Positions 28,088 to 35,983 of a stretch of 35,983 bases of DNA are shown piece by piece; position 1 is the stretch's first letter; every line of letters starts with the position of its first letter. The stretch is from Verrucomicrobiota bacterium (lineage in GTDB: Bacteria; Verrucomicrobiota; Verrucomicrobiia; Opitutales; Seribacteraceae), in NCBI GenBank assembly GCA_027622665.1, contig JAQBYT010000038.1, positions 1 through 35,983 on the forward strand. Reading direction: 5' to 3'. Both the position numbers and the translations under genes were made by a program. The notes under the pieces are model-generated. The model made no database searches and had not been told where the DNA came from. It saw only the letters and a program-made list of their open reading frames with translations.

Positions 28088-28118
28088 GACTTTCATTTTA
28101 ACAAACGAACAAACAATT

Positions 28119-30284
28119 ATGAACGACTGGACTAAAATCATAAGCACTTTGGCGGCAACTGCCTTTTTGGCTGGTGCATCGCACGGACAAGATGAAAACG
28201 GAAGCGATGCAATCGATGCACTTACTCCATTCAACGTCATAGGAAATAAATCCGATATCCTGTCTCTCCAAGGGTCAGGCACAGTTTTAGATGCCTCGGA
28301 TCTCGGACCGTACTTTCATACTGACGTAACTGAAATACTTCGCCAAGTGCCCGGCGTCTACATTCGTCCGGAGGAAGGCTATGGCCTCTTCCCGAACATC
28401 AGTTTGCGAGGAGTGGATCCCAACCGTTCGTCCAAGGTAACGATCATGGAGGATGGCATTCCTTCCTCGCCGTCTCCGTTTTCCGATCCTGCGGCTTACT
28501 ATTCACCAACTGCAGGTCGTATGTCGGGCTTTGAAATCCTTAAGGGTTCCAGTCAACTTAGGTTTGGACCGAACACCACAGGTGGTGTGATCAACTATCT
28601 TTCCACGCCTGTCCCGCAGGAACGGGCGAGCCATTTGCGAATGAGCTACGGTGAGCATAACGAACGCATCGGCCATGCCAACTCCGGTGGTAAAACAGCC
28701 CTAGGTGGCGGAACGCTTGGCTATCTCGTCGAGGTTTTCGACCATCATACGGATGGATGGAAGACGGTTAACGGTCTTGGGAGTTTGCCCTCGACAAAGG
28801 CTCCCGTGGCGAAGACGGATCTGATGCTTAAACTTGGCTACGAGTTCGGTGATGAAAATTATCTCGAATTCAAGGCTGGTCGGACGGATCTTGACGGTGA
28901 CGTAAGTTACGTTGGTCTGAGCCGTGAAGACTTTCTGACGAATCCTTATCAGCGTTACGTTGGCACTGCCCAAGACCATATGGACTCCGACCACACTCGC
29001 TACTACTTGCGATTCCGAAAAGAGTTTACGCCCGACGTGGGCTTAACCGCCACGGCTTTCTACAATGAGTTCAACCGTGATTGGTACAAAGTGGCGGATG
29101 TGACTTCCGGCGGAACCACGACCAAGGTGGGCAAGGGTGTGACCACTAGCCTCGCGCATCTTGCTGTCTTAAAGGGCGCCGCCGCCGGCAACTACTCCGT
29201 GAATCACAATGACCGCAGTTATGAGGTGAAAGGTATTCAGGCCAACGTCGATTATAAGGTGGGCTGGCATGATTTCGACCTGGGTTTCCGTTACACGGAA
29301 GATGTTTATACCAACAATCCCTACACTACCGATACCTACGACGTGATCGCAGGAACTTCGATAGCTCGTTCGGCTACGACTTCGCCCAGTTCCCTCTACG
29401 ATCGCAGGTCGGAAGCGCTTGAATTATTTTTTACCGATGAAATAACCTTGGGCGCACTTACGATTACGCCGGGTGTCCGCTACACTGATGTAGATTACGA
29501 ATACAAGGGCAGTAACGCTCGCAGTTTAGACGATGTGATCGTAGGTCTGGGAGCGGGGTATGAGATGACCGAAGCCCTTTCGTTTTTTGGAGGCATACAC
29601 CAAGGTCACTCTTTTCCCGGAGCGGAAGGTGGTTCGAGCGAAGCAAGCAAGGGGCTTCGCGGCATCGAGGAATCGCTCGGGTTCGAGGTAGGCTTTCGTG
29701 GTTTTGCGGCTGATCTGGTTGCGTTTGAGTTGGCCTATTTCCACAACACCTTCGACAACATGATTGCCTCGGCCAGCCTCGCCACCGGCGTGGAAGACTC
29801 GGCTAATATCGGCGATGCTTCCGTCCATGGAGTTGAGGTCGTCATCGGGTCCGATTTGGGTCGGGACTTATCATTCGCCATCCCGGTGAGCGTCTCTGTC
29901 ACTTACACCAAATCGGAGTTCGATGCCGTCGCCGGTTCCGGTACGGGTTACTGGGCTGGGGCAACTCCGGGTAACGAACTCCCCTACATTCCCGATTTTC
30001 AGTACAACCTGCGTGGTGGCTTGGAATTGGATAAGGTAAGCGCCTACTTCAACTATCACTGGACGGCGGCCGTCTACTCCGACGGTAGTAACACGCCGGC
30101 CGAGAAACTTAGCGACTACGGTGTTCTCGACTTTTCGGCATTCTATGCTTTAACCGAAGGAGTGCAGTTGTTCGGCAAAGTGACGAATTTCGCGGACAAA
30201 AAATACGTGGCCAGCTTCATGCCCGATGGTTATCGGCCGGGGGCTCCACGAGTTGCGAGCATTGGCATGTCTTTTGATTTCTGA
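28119..30284 (+). CDS. TonB-dependent receptor, FecA-like iron transporter
   Basis: Signal peptide; plug LRQVPGVY.R.EEGYGL.PNI.LRG....RSSKVT.MEDG.P..P.P...PAAYY.P; EILKG; GP.T.GGVINY; GNELPY.P; and C-terminal RPGAPR...G..F.F ending in Phe. ATG 28119. Confidence 0.92.
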   Translation: MNDWTKIISTLAATAFLAGASHGQDENGSDAIDALTPFNVIGNKSDILSLQGSGTVLDASDLGPYFHTDVTEILRQVPGVYIRPEEGYGLFPNISLRGVDPNRSSKVTIMEDGIPSSPSPFSDPAAYYSPTAGRMSGFEILKGSSQLRFGPNTTGGVINYLSTPVPQERASHLRMSYGEHNERIGHANSGGKTALGGGTLGYLVEVFDHHTDGWKTVNGLGSLPSTKAPVAKTDLMLKLGYEFGDENYLEFKAGRTDLDGDVSYVGLSREDFLTNPYQRYVGTAQDHMDSDHTRYYLRFRKEFTPDVGLTATAFYNEFNRDWYKVADVTSGGTTTKVGKGVTTSLAHLAVLKGAAAGNYSVNHNDRSYEVKGIQANVDYKVGWHDFDLGFRYTEDVYTNNPYTTDTYDVIAGTSIARSATTSPSSLYDRRSEALELFFTDEITLGALTITPGVRYTDVDYEYKGSNARSLDDVIVGLGAGYEMTEALSFFGGIHQGHSFPGAEGGSSEASKGLRGIEESLGFEVGFRGFAADLVAFELAYFHNTFDNMIASASLATGVEDSANIGDASVHGVEVVIGSDLGRDLSFAIPVSVSVTYTKSEFDAVAGSGTGYWAGATPGNELPYIPDFQYNLRGGLELDKVSAYFNYHWTAAVYSDGSNTPAEKLSDYGVLDFSAFYALTEGVQLFGKVTNFADKKYVASFMPDGYRPGAPRVASIGMSFDF

Positions 30285-30332
30285 CGATCGAGAATTCGAT
30301 GGGCAGAATCGCTTTCTAGTTCTATTTAAGGC

Positions 30333-33300
30333 TTACGGTAAAGAGACAATGATCGTTTTTATTCCAGCTGAGACTTGTGTCGTTGAGGTTTTGCCGTTTG
30401 GCCATTGGACTTCGATTACAGCAGCTTCTTCTTTGCCGAGATCGAAGATTGTGCCCGCAGGAGTTTGAGTGAGATATCCGGAACCTGCATGGATTTCGGC
30501 AGATTGGGTATTTCCGTCCTGGACGTGCAAGGTGATTTTCGAACCGATTCCCGTGGGATTGCCTTTTGAGCCTTTAAGGAGAATTCGTAGGCTTCGATTT
30601 TCGGTGTTGCCCGAGGCATTTGGGTTGTGGAGGTAAATTTCAGGCGCGGTGTCGTTGCGAGCGAATACGAGGTCCAGGCGACCATCGTTGTCGAGGTCTA
30701 TGGCGGCGAGGCTTCGAGTATCTCCCTTCACTGCAATTCCACTTTCTTTTTGTGCTACCGGAAGAAAAGTACCGTCGCCAAGACCTTGGAGAAATTGGCC
30801 GATCCCCCCGTCCATGCGGCCTGTTTCGGGTTGTGGGGAAAAGAAGTTTTGAGCTAGGGCGAGATCAACCTTGCCGTCGGCATCGAAGTCCTTGGCGACG
30901 ATGCCAAAGGTGGGTGCTATTTGGGCTGTGCGGGGTAGGGGATGAAAATCGAAGTGTCCCGACCCGTCGTTCAGAAGTATGCCCGATTCTAGAATCTTAG
31001 CTTCCACGCGATAGGCCTCTCCGAGAGATTTAGATGTGTAAATTTCAGGTATGGTGGCTCTGGCGAAGTCTCCGTAGTTAAGGAATTTTCGATTTACGAA
31101 AGGCATCGCGTCAGTGGAGCAGCTAAGACCGCGGACAGGATAAAGTTTATCGTTTTCCCAAGTGGCTTCGACAAAATGTTTGCGGCCTGTGTGGTCGAAC
31201 ATACCATAGTATCCTTCGAAGGGGCGTTCCTGCGTCACCTTGTACTTTGTGTTCAGTCCTAGGTTGCCGACGGCGTAGTCGAGGTCCCCGTCAAGGTCGA
31301 AGTCGGCCGCGGCTATCCCTGTCCACCATCCCGTGAGGTTGGAGAGTCCGGCTTCCTTTGTCGCGTCGACTAGCTTGCCCTTGTTGTTTTGGAATAGTTT
31401 GACGGGACCCCATTCCGTGGTGACGAGAAGGTCTGTCCAACCGTCCCCTGTCGCATCCGTCCACATTGCTCCGGTAACCATACCCGCCGTCGCCAGACCC
31501 GGTGCAAGGGTTTTTGTTGCGTCGGCGAAATTACCTTTGTCATTACGCAGAAGTCGGCTTGTTCCGGGTAGAGGGTATTCGCCACGGGTTAGCCTGCCCC
31601 CGATAAACAGGTCTAAGTCACCGTCGCGATCGAAATCGCATGCCGCTGCGGGGCCGGAAGAACTCGAACCACCCGGGAAGAGTACTCGTTCGAATCGGAA
31701 GCCTCCTGTATTTCGATAAAGGCGATCGGTGTAATGCTTCGAGCCTTTGGGAGCTTCCGTTCCACCCGAGGTTACGAGCAGATCCGGTCGGCCATCGGAA
31801 TCGTAATCAAAGAACAGAGCACCCATGTCCTCGGCATTTTTATCTAGGTCAAATGCAGGGGTGACGAGCCGTCTGAATTCACCCTTGCCGTAGTTGAGCC
31901 AGATACTTCCCGGTGTTTCCGCTGCACCTCCAAGAAACAAGTCGGGAAAACCGTTTGCATCGATGTCCGTCCAAGCCATGCCGGGGCCTAACCTAGAAAG
32001 CCTGTGGGGGAGGAGGGGTTGAATCTTGTAATCATCGAATGGTTTCTCTTCGTGTCGAAGTCCGTTGGTCGTCGAAACTTTTCGAAAAAGAGGCTTTTTA
32101 GGCTCTTTTGGTTCAGAGATTGTTGGTTCAGAGGTATCCTTAGTGATTTCGTAGTAATAGTTGGCGTGCAAGTCACCGAATGATTGCTCGGTACCGTCGG
32201 CCCAGAGAATCTCCATCACTCCGACATAATCTTCCTCGCCCAGACCGAAGTGTAGAACGGGTTCATCCGACGACATGAAACCTGTTGCGGGACGCAGTGT
32301 TTTTGACTGCCTACGACTAGCAGTGACCACGGTGACCTTGGAACCCAAGGCGTTCGGACCCTTGAGGCATAGGAGAAGTCGGTTTCCCTCAAAGGAATCA
32401 TTCCGATAAATGTGGACTTGTTCATTCAAGTTGGCGACTACGAGGTCGAGATCGCCGTCTCGGTCTAAATCTCCGTGAGCAGCAGCAAAGCTCATGCCTT
32501 CGTGATCGAGCCCCCAAGCTTCGGAGACTTTCGGGAAATCGAGTTTACCCGCATTGCGAAAGGCAAGGTTAACGTCTTTTTTGAAACCGGTTTTACGGTA
32601 GTGATCGAACTCGGATTTACCAATCCGATCCTGATCGCTCATCGGGTGGTCGGCATCAGTAAAATTTTGGGTCATGCCGTTTGTTATGAAGACATCGATC
32701 ATGCCGTCCTCGTCAAAATCTTCCAGTTTTGGAGCCCAACCCCAATCGGCGTCGGCGAGCCCTGCAAGGTAGGCGGCTTCACGAAAAATGCCATTACCCT
32801 CATTCATTAAAAGCACGTTCCGCATGTATTGGCGTGGTATTGCAGTTTCTAGAAAACGCTTGTGCGAGGTCATGGTTCCCATGGTGGTCTTTTGTCGGAA
32901 GTGGTTTGTTCCTGACATGTCCAAGGTGAACAGGTCATCGGCTCCGTTTCCATCGAGGTCAGCTAGGTCAGAACCCATGGCAAACCAAGCAACATGCGGG
33001 AAGGTTTCGCTGATGACGTCCACGAAAGTTCCGCCATCGTTGCGGTAGAGATGATCGGGGTCATTGAAGTCATTGGCTACGTAGAGATCCGGGTCTCCGT
33101 CGTCGTCGTAGTCCCACCATGCCGCAGATAGACCATGGCCACGCGCGATTATTCCCGAGGCAGTTGAAATTTCTTTAAAATGCCCTCCTTCGTTACGGTA
33201 GAGGCGATCTTCGCTGCCGGAAGGCTCTAACTTCATTATGCCTTCGGCAGCTTCTCGCATTCGAAAGTATTTTTGAAAAGATGGCAGAACTTCCGGTCGA

Positions 33301-34046
33301 CCGTCCACGCCTTTTCGCAAGGGTGGTTCTTTTGGTCTTCCGCCGGCGAGAAATAGACGATTGGTAAGCAGGAAGAAATCGAGATCACCGTCACGATCGT
33401 AGTCCTGAAAGTAAGGCATCAGACTTGCAGAGACCGTGTCCACGCCCAAAGCCTTCGCCTTTTCAACGAACTTGCCCGAGCCATCGTTCAACCAAAGCTG
33501 GTTTGGCGTGTCGTAATTGCAGACGTAAAGATCGAGATCTCCATCGGCATCGATGTCGCCGAATGCGGCACCGGCCGACCATGGGTTTCCTCCTTCCGAA
33601 AGACCGCTTTCCGAAGTGACTTCACGAAAATGAAACTTCCCCAAGTTGCTGTAGAGTTTGTTGGTCGTTGGCCCACCTGTGAAAAAAACATCGGGCCAAC
33701 CGTCGCCATTGATGTCTCCGATGGCTATGCCACCGCAAGAAAACCCTGAGGCGTAAAGTGCTTTGCGAGGGTGGTTCGGCTGAAACTCGTTGACGAAGGA
33801 AACGTCTGTTCGTTCAGAGTCAACTAAGGTAAAACGAGGTCTAGAGGCCCGAACTTGTCGCTTTGGCAACTTTTTACCTTTGATGTATTGGAAAATCTGT
33901 TCATCGGGGTGAAAGGGTGGTATTTGATCCCATACCGCCTCTTTATCTTTTTTGCCCGATTGCGATTGGTCGCAACTTGCGACAACCAATAAAAAGCCGC
34001 TCGCAAATAAGCTGACAAGTTGGGTATTGGCAGGAAAACTGTTCAT
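30333..34046 (-). CDS. Large CRTAC1-family lipoprotein with two FG-GAP/VCBS + ASPIC/UnbV modules
   Basis: Lipobox VVASC, many D-x-D-x-DG-x-x-D repeats, and two ASPIC/UnbV segments (ALGSKV.V...LHFGLG...W.DG and GIGSKI...GSGYL.Q...V.WPNG). Confidence 0.9.
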   Translation of the reverse strand: MNSFPANTQLVSLFASGFLLVVASCDQSQSGKKDKEAVWDQIPPFHPDEQIFQYIKGKKLPKRQVRASRPRFTLVDSERTDVSFVNEFQPNHPRKALYASGFSCGGIAIGDINGDGWPDVFFTGGPTTNKLYSNLGKFHFREVTSESGLSEGGNPWSAGAAFGDIDADGDLDLYVCNYDTPNQLWLNDGSGKFVEKAKALGVDTVSASLMPYFQDYDRDGDLDFFLLTNRLFLAGGRPKEPPLRKGVDGRPEVLPSFQKYFRMREAAEGIMKLEPSGSEDRLYRNEGGHFKEISTASGIIARGHGLSAAWWDYDDDGDPDLYVANDFNDPDHLYRNDGGTFVDVISETFPHVAWFAMGSDLADLDGNGADDLFTLDMSGTNHFRQKTTMGTMTSHKRFLETAIPRQYMRNVLLMNEGNGIFREAAYLAGLADADWGWAPKLEDFDEDGMIDVFITNGMTQNFTDADHPMSDQDRIGKSEFDHYRKTGFKKDVNLAFRNAGKLDFPKVSEAWGLDHEGMSFAAAHGDLDRDGDLDLVVANLNEQVHIYRNDSFEGNRLLLCLKGPNALGSKVTVVTASRRQSKTLRPATGFMSSDEPVLHFGLGEEDYVGVMEILWADGTEQSFGDLHANYYYEITKDTSEPTISEPKEPKKPLFRKVSTTNGLRHEEKPFDDYKIQPLLPHRLSRLGPGMAWTDIDANGFPDLFLGGAAETPGSIWLNYGKGEFRRLVTPAFDLDKNAEDMGALFFDYDSDGRPDLLVTSGGTEAPKGSKHYTDRLYRNTGGFRFERVLFPGGSSSSGPAAACDFDRDGDLDLFIGGRLTRGEYPLPGTSRLLRNDKGNFADATKTLAPGLATAGMVTGAMWTDATGDGWTDLLVTTEWGPVKLFQNNKGKLVDATKEAGLSNLTGWWTGIAAADFDLDGDLDYAVGNLGLNTKYKVTQERPFEGYYGMFDHTGRKHFVEATWENDKLYPVRGLSCSTDAMPFVNRKFLNYGDFARATIPEIYTSKSLGEAYRVEAKILESGILLNDGSGHFDFHPLPRTAQIAPTFGIVAKDFDADGKVDLALAQNFFSPQPETGRMDGGIGQFLQGLGDGTFLPVAQKESGIAVKGDTRSLAAIDLDNDGRLDLVFARNDTAPEIYLHNPNASGNTENRSLRILLKGSKGNPTGIGSKITLHVQDGNTQSAEIHAGSGYLTQTPAGTIFDLGKEEAAVIEVQWPNGKTSTTQVSAGIKTIIVSLP

Positions 34047-34161
34047 TTTAACCGTTGGTCAGTCGGTCTAAAATGAAATTTTGCGCTTTCCAGTGTTGCC
34101 GTCAAGGCAAAAAAAAAATCACATCGGCGAAAACAGAGACAAAAGTGTATCTAGAATTATA

Positions 34162-35250
34162 CTACCGTTGGTAGATCGGCAGGTAGTGGTATTTTACTGC
34201 TAAGGCGAGAATTGCCATGGAAGTGGAATAGATTTGCCCAGCACTGTTTTCGGAACCGCTACCATGCCATGAACCGTCTCCTCGCTGAAGTTTTAGCATA
34301 ATTTCCTCCACCTTCTTTCGGGCGATTTTCGCGTGGTCGCCACCGCGTTGGTACATGGCTTGCGAATAATAATAGGTTCCGTACAAAAAGAATTTTCTCC
34401 CGGTATTGGGTTCATTGTCCAAAAGCCAGTCGGCGGCTCCTTTGACGAAGGGGGACTCGTATTCTCCGCATACCTGCATGGCGAGTAAACCCGCGGCGGT
34501 GGTTGTGTACTCGGCACTACCGCCTGGTTGGTAGGCAAATCCTGATTTCTTGTTCACCGGATCGCCTTTAGAATCGAGGCTGGAGTGATAGGACCTTTGC
34601 AGGTATCCCACGGCTTCCTCGATTGCCGAGGAGGGCACATCAAGTCCTGCGTTTTTTGCCGAACGCAGTGACATCAGTTGCCAGATGGTGGCAGAAAGGT
34701 CGGCGTCACGAGCATCGGGGGAATATCGCCAGCCGCCTTGGTGGGATGGGCTTTTGGGCACCTTTTGCGAACGCAATATCAAGTTTATCGCTTTTTGGGT
34801 GCTCCTGCGAATCTTTTGGTCCTGTTCTTCGTCGAGGCCCATTCCTAGCATTTCAGAGAGCGTCAAAGTGATGATTCCGTGACCATACATTCGCCCTCCG
34901 TCCTTGTTCCCAAAATAGCCATGTTCGTCTTGCCTTCCTTCCTTGAGCACGTAATCGATCGCACGCCGCATGACGCGTCCTTCTTCGTTTGGATTGATCG
35001 GTTGGTGGCCCACTGCCGCCATGGACATTAGCGATAGGGCAGTCATGGTGGTGGGATTTCCCTTGTCATGAATGGATCCATCGGATTGTTGCTTCTTCGC
35101 GATATAGGCAATTCCTTTTTCTATCGCCTTGTCCACCTTATCCTTTTGGAAGGGATTGCCGGTTTCATCATCGGGTGGAACTACTTCCTCTCCCGACACT
35201 GAAATCATGCCAGAACCGATCAAGAATAGAAATAAAAGTAAAAACTTCAT
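34162..35250 (-). CDS. Prenyltransferase/squalene-oxidase (QW) repeat protein, secreted
   Basis: Signal peptide, AI.KG..Y....Q..DGS, MYGHGI.TL.L.E, GGWRY.P....DLS.T.WQ..SLRSA..AG..VP, GF.YQP, Q.GDGSW and YSTSMA.LAL...Y.YLPIYQR. Confidence 0.88.
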   Translation of the reverse strand: MKFLLLFLFLIGSGMISVSGEEVVPPDDETGNPFQKDKVDKAIEKGIAYIAKKQQSDGSIHDKGNPTTMTALSLMSMAAVGHQPINPNEEGRVMRRAIDYVLKEGRQDEHGYFGNKDGGRMYGHGIITLTLSEMLGMGLDEEQDQKIRRSTQKAINLILRSQKVPKSPSHQGGWRYSPDARDADLSATIWQLMSLRSAKNAGLDVPSSAIEEAVGYLQRSYHSSLDSKGDPVNKKSGFAYQPGGSAEYTTTAAGLLAMQVCGEYESPFVKGAADWLLDNEPNTGRKFFLYGTYYYSQAMYQRGGDHAKIARKKVEEIMLKLQRGDGSWHGSGSENSAGQIYSTSMAILALAVKYHYLPIYQR

Positions 35251-35284
35251 GCTTTAATCCCCGTTCGCCAAATCCGATGAATGC

Positions 35285-35983
35285 TCACTTTTTCTGACGA
35301 GATTTGTCTGCCATGGCGCGGAAGTACGCCTCAACGCGGCTACGGTACTCGCCGGATACGGCTTCCCGGCGACCATCCATTAGGTCTTTTGCTAGTTTGG
35401 GAGGAAGGCGTCCCCATTCGAGCTTAGCCATTTCCTTCATGCCTGGTAGATCCTGAAAGGCCATGGCCCCTGCCTGTACGGCGGCGCCTTCACCCGAATT
35501 GAGTTGAAAACCTTCACTCTTTGGATTCTGGCCAGGAATTCGTGACTGGGCCATGGCGGAGGCTTGCGCTTGCGCGGCTGCAGCCATCGCCTGCGCGGCG
35601 GCAGCCATCGCTTGAGCAGCTTGAGTTCCAAGACCCGGTTGTCCTTGACCCGGAGGGCCTTGACCCGGTGGGCCCTCTCCTGGTTGCCCTTGTCCCGGCT
35701 CTCCCTGCGCTGGTTGTCCGGATTGAGCGGCTTGCGCGGCTTGGGCAAGAGGAGAATCGGAAGGGACTCCACCTTCTGCCGGGAAAGCATCTTGACTGAA
35801 AGGATTTTCAAATGGGTTTAGTGCTTGGTCTAGGGAATCAAGCGTCTGGGCAAGTGCCTGCGCTGTTTCGGGATTGGTAAGTGGGGCATCGCTCGGACTT
35901 GCCGGTTGACCCTGACCTTCGCCTTGACCTTCGCCCTGACCTTCGCCCTGACCTTCGCCCTGACCTTCACCCTGACCTTCGCC
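35285..35983 (-). CDS. C-terminal part of a large Gln/Gly/Ala-rich (DUF4175-like) protein; 5' end outside window
   Basis: The frame is open from the window end for 233 codons: (GEGQ)6...[12 protein letters not shown]...[16 protein letters not shown]...WGRLPPK.A.DL......VSGEYR..VE.YFR.MA. This C-terminal motif typically precedes QW-repeat genes in PVC MoxR/vWA operons. Confidence 0.82.
   Translation of the reverse strand, partial: GEGQGEGQGEGQGEGQGEGQGEGQGQPASPSDAPLTNPETAQALAQTLDSLDQALNPFENPFSQDAFPAEGGVPSDSPLAQAAQAAQSGQPAQGEPGQGQPGEGPPGQGPPGQGQPGLGTQAAQAMAAAAQAMAAAAQAQASAMAQSRIPGQNPKSEGFQLNSGEGAAVQAGAMAFQDLPGMKEMAKLEWGRLPPKLAKDLMDGRREAVSGEYRSRVEAYFRAMADKSRQKK
35912..35983. repeat. 12-bp tandem repeat (>=6 units) encoding GEGQ
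   Basis: Units CTGACCTTCGCC with single-base variants run to the window edge and probably caused the contig break. Confidence 0.92.

Noticed and set aside
34109..34118. Phase-variable A10 tract
   Set aside because: It is intergenic and lies upstream of the putative -35 rather than in a spacer or CDS, so an AT-rich UP element or terminator tail is more likely.
34162..35250. Squalene-hopene cyclase / terpene biosynthetic cluster
   Set aside because: At 362 aa it is too short, it has a signal peptide, it lacks the DXDD motif, and there are no hopanoid genes nearby.
35912..35983. CRISPR array
   Set aside because: The 12-bp units are contiguous, have no spacers and are in frame within a CDS; there are no cas genes.

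Overview
This 36-kb window reads as ordinary chromosome from a PVC-group bacterium, most likely Verrucomicrobiota/Opitutales. That placement is inferred from the gene inventory: GYF_2 proteins, CRTAC1/ASPIC-UnbV lipoproteins, a sulfatase, a prenyltransferase-repeat protein, a Lys-rich PPDK N-terminus and a fused GcvP. Both ends stop in low-complexity repeats (G16 and a 12-bp GEGQ-coding repeat), so the window is probably a whole contig. Housekeeping genes are hslR, tatC, ppdK, hflX, gcvP, an nfeD-nfeD-floA operon, an aldose epimerase, tRNA-Ser(CGA) and tRNA-Arg(CCG). There are many exported proteins, plus a FecA-like TonB receptor behind twin Fur-like boxes. Five observations stand out. (1) TatC carries an apparent SAM (sterile alpha motif) domain in its first periplasmic loop and an extra C-terminal TM helix with a tail. 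(2) D/E-X-N-X-S/T sequons cluster in flexible parts of exported proteins, which suggests PglB-type N-glycosylation. (3) An integrase-less ~0.8-kb island scar lies at tRNA-Arg(CCG), with a 41-bp att duplication, arm-like repeats and a gene cut at the att core. (4) An unannotated Cys-rich 59-aa ORF is coupled to a CRTAC1 lipoprotein. (5) GYF_2 proteins twice sit next to proline-rich MORN lipoproteins. All family calls come from motif recognition by eye; no searches were run.
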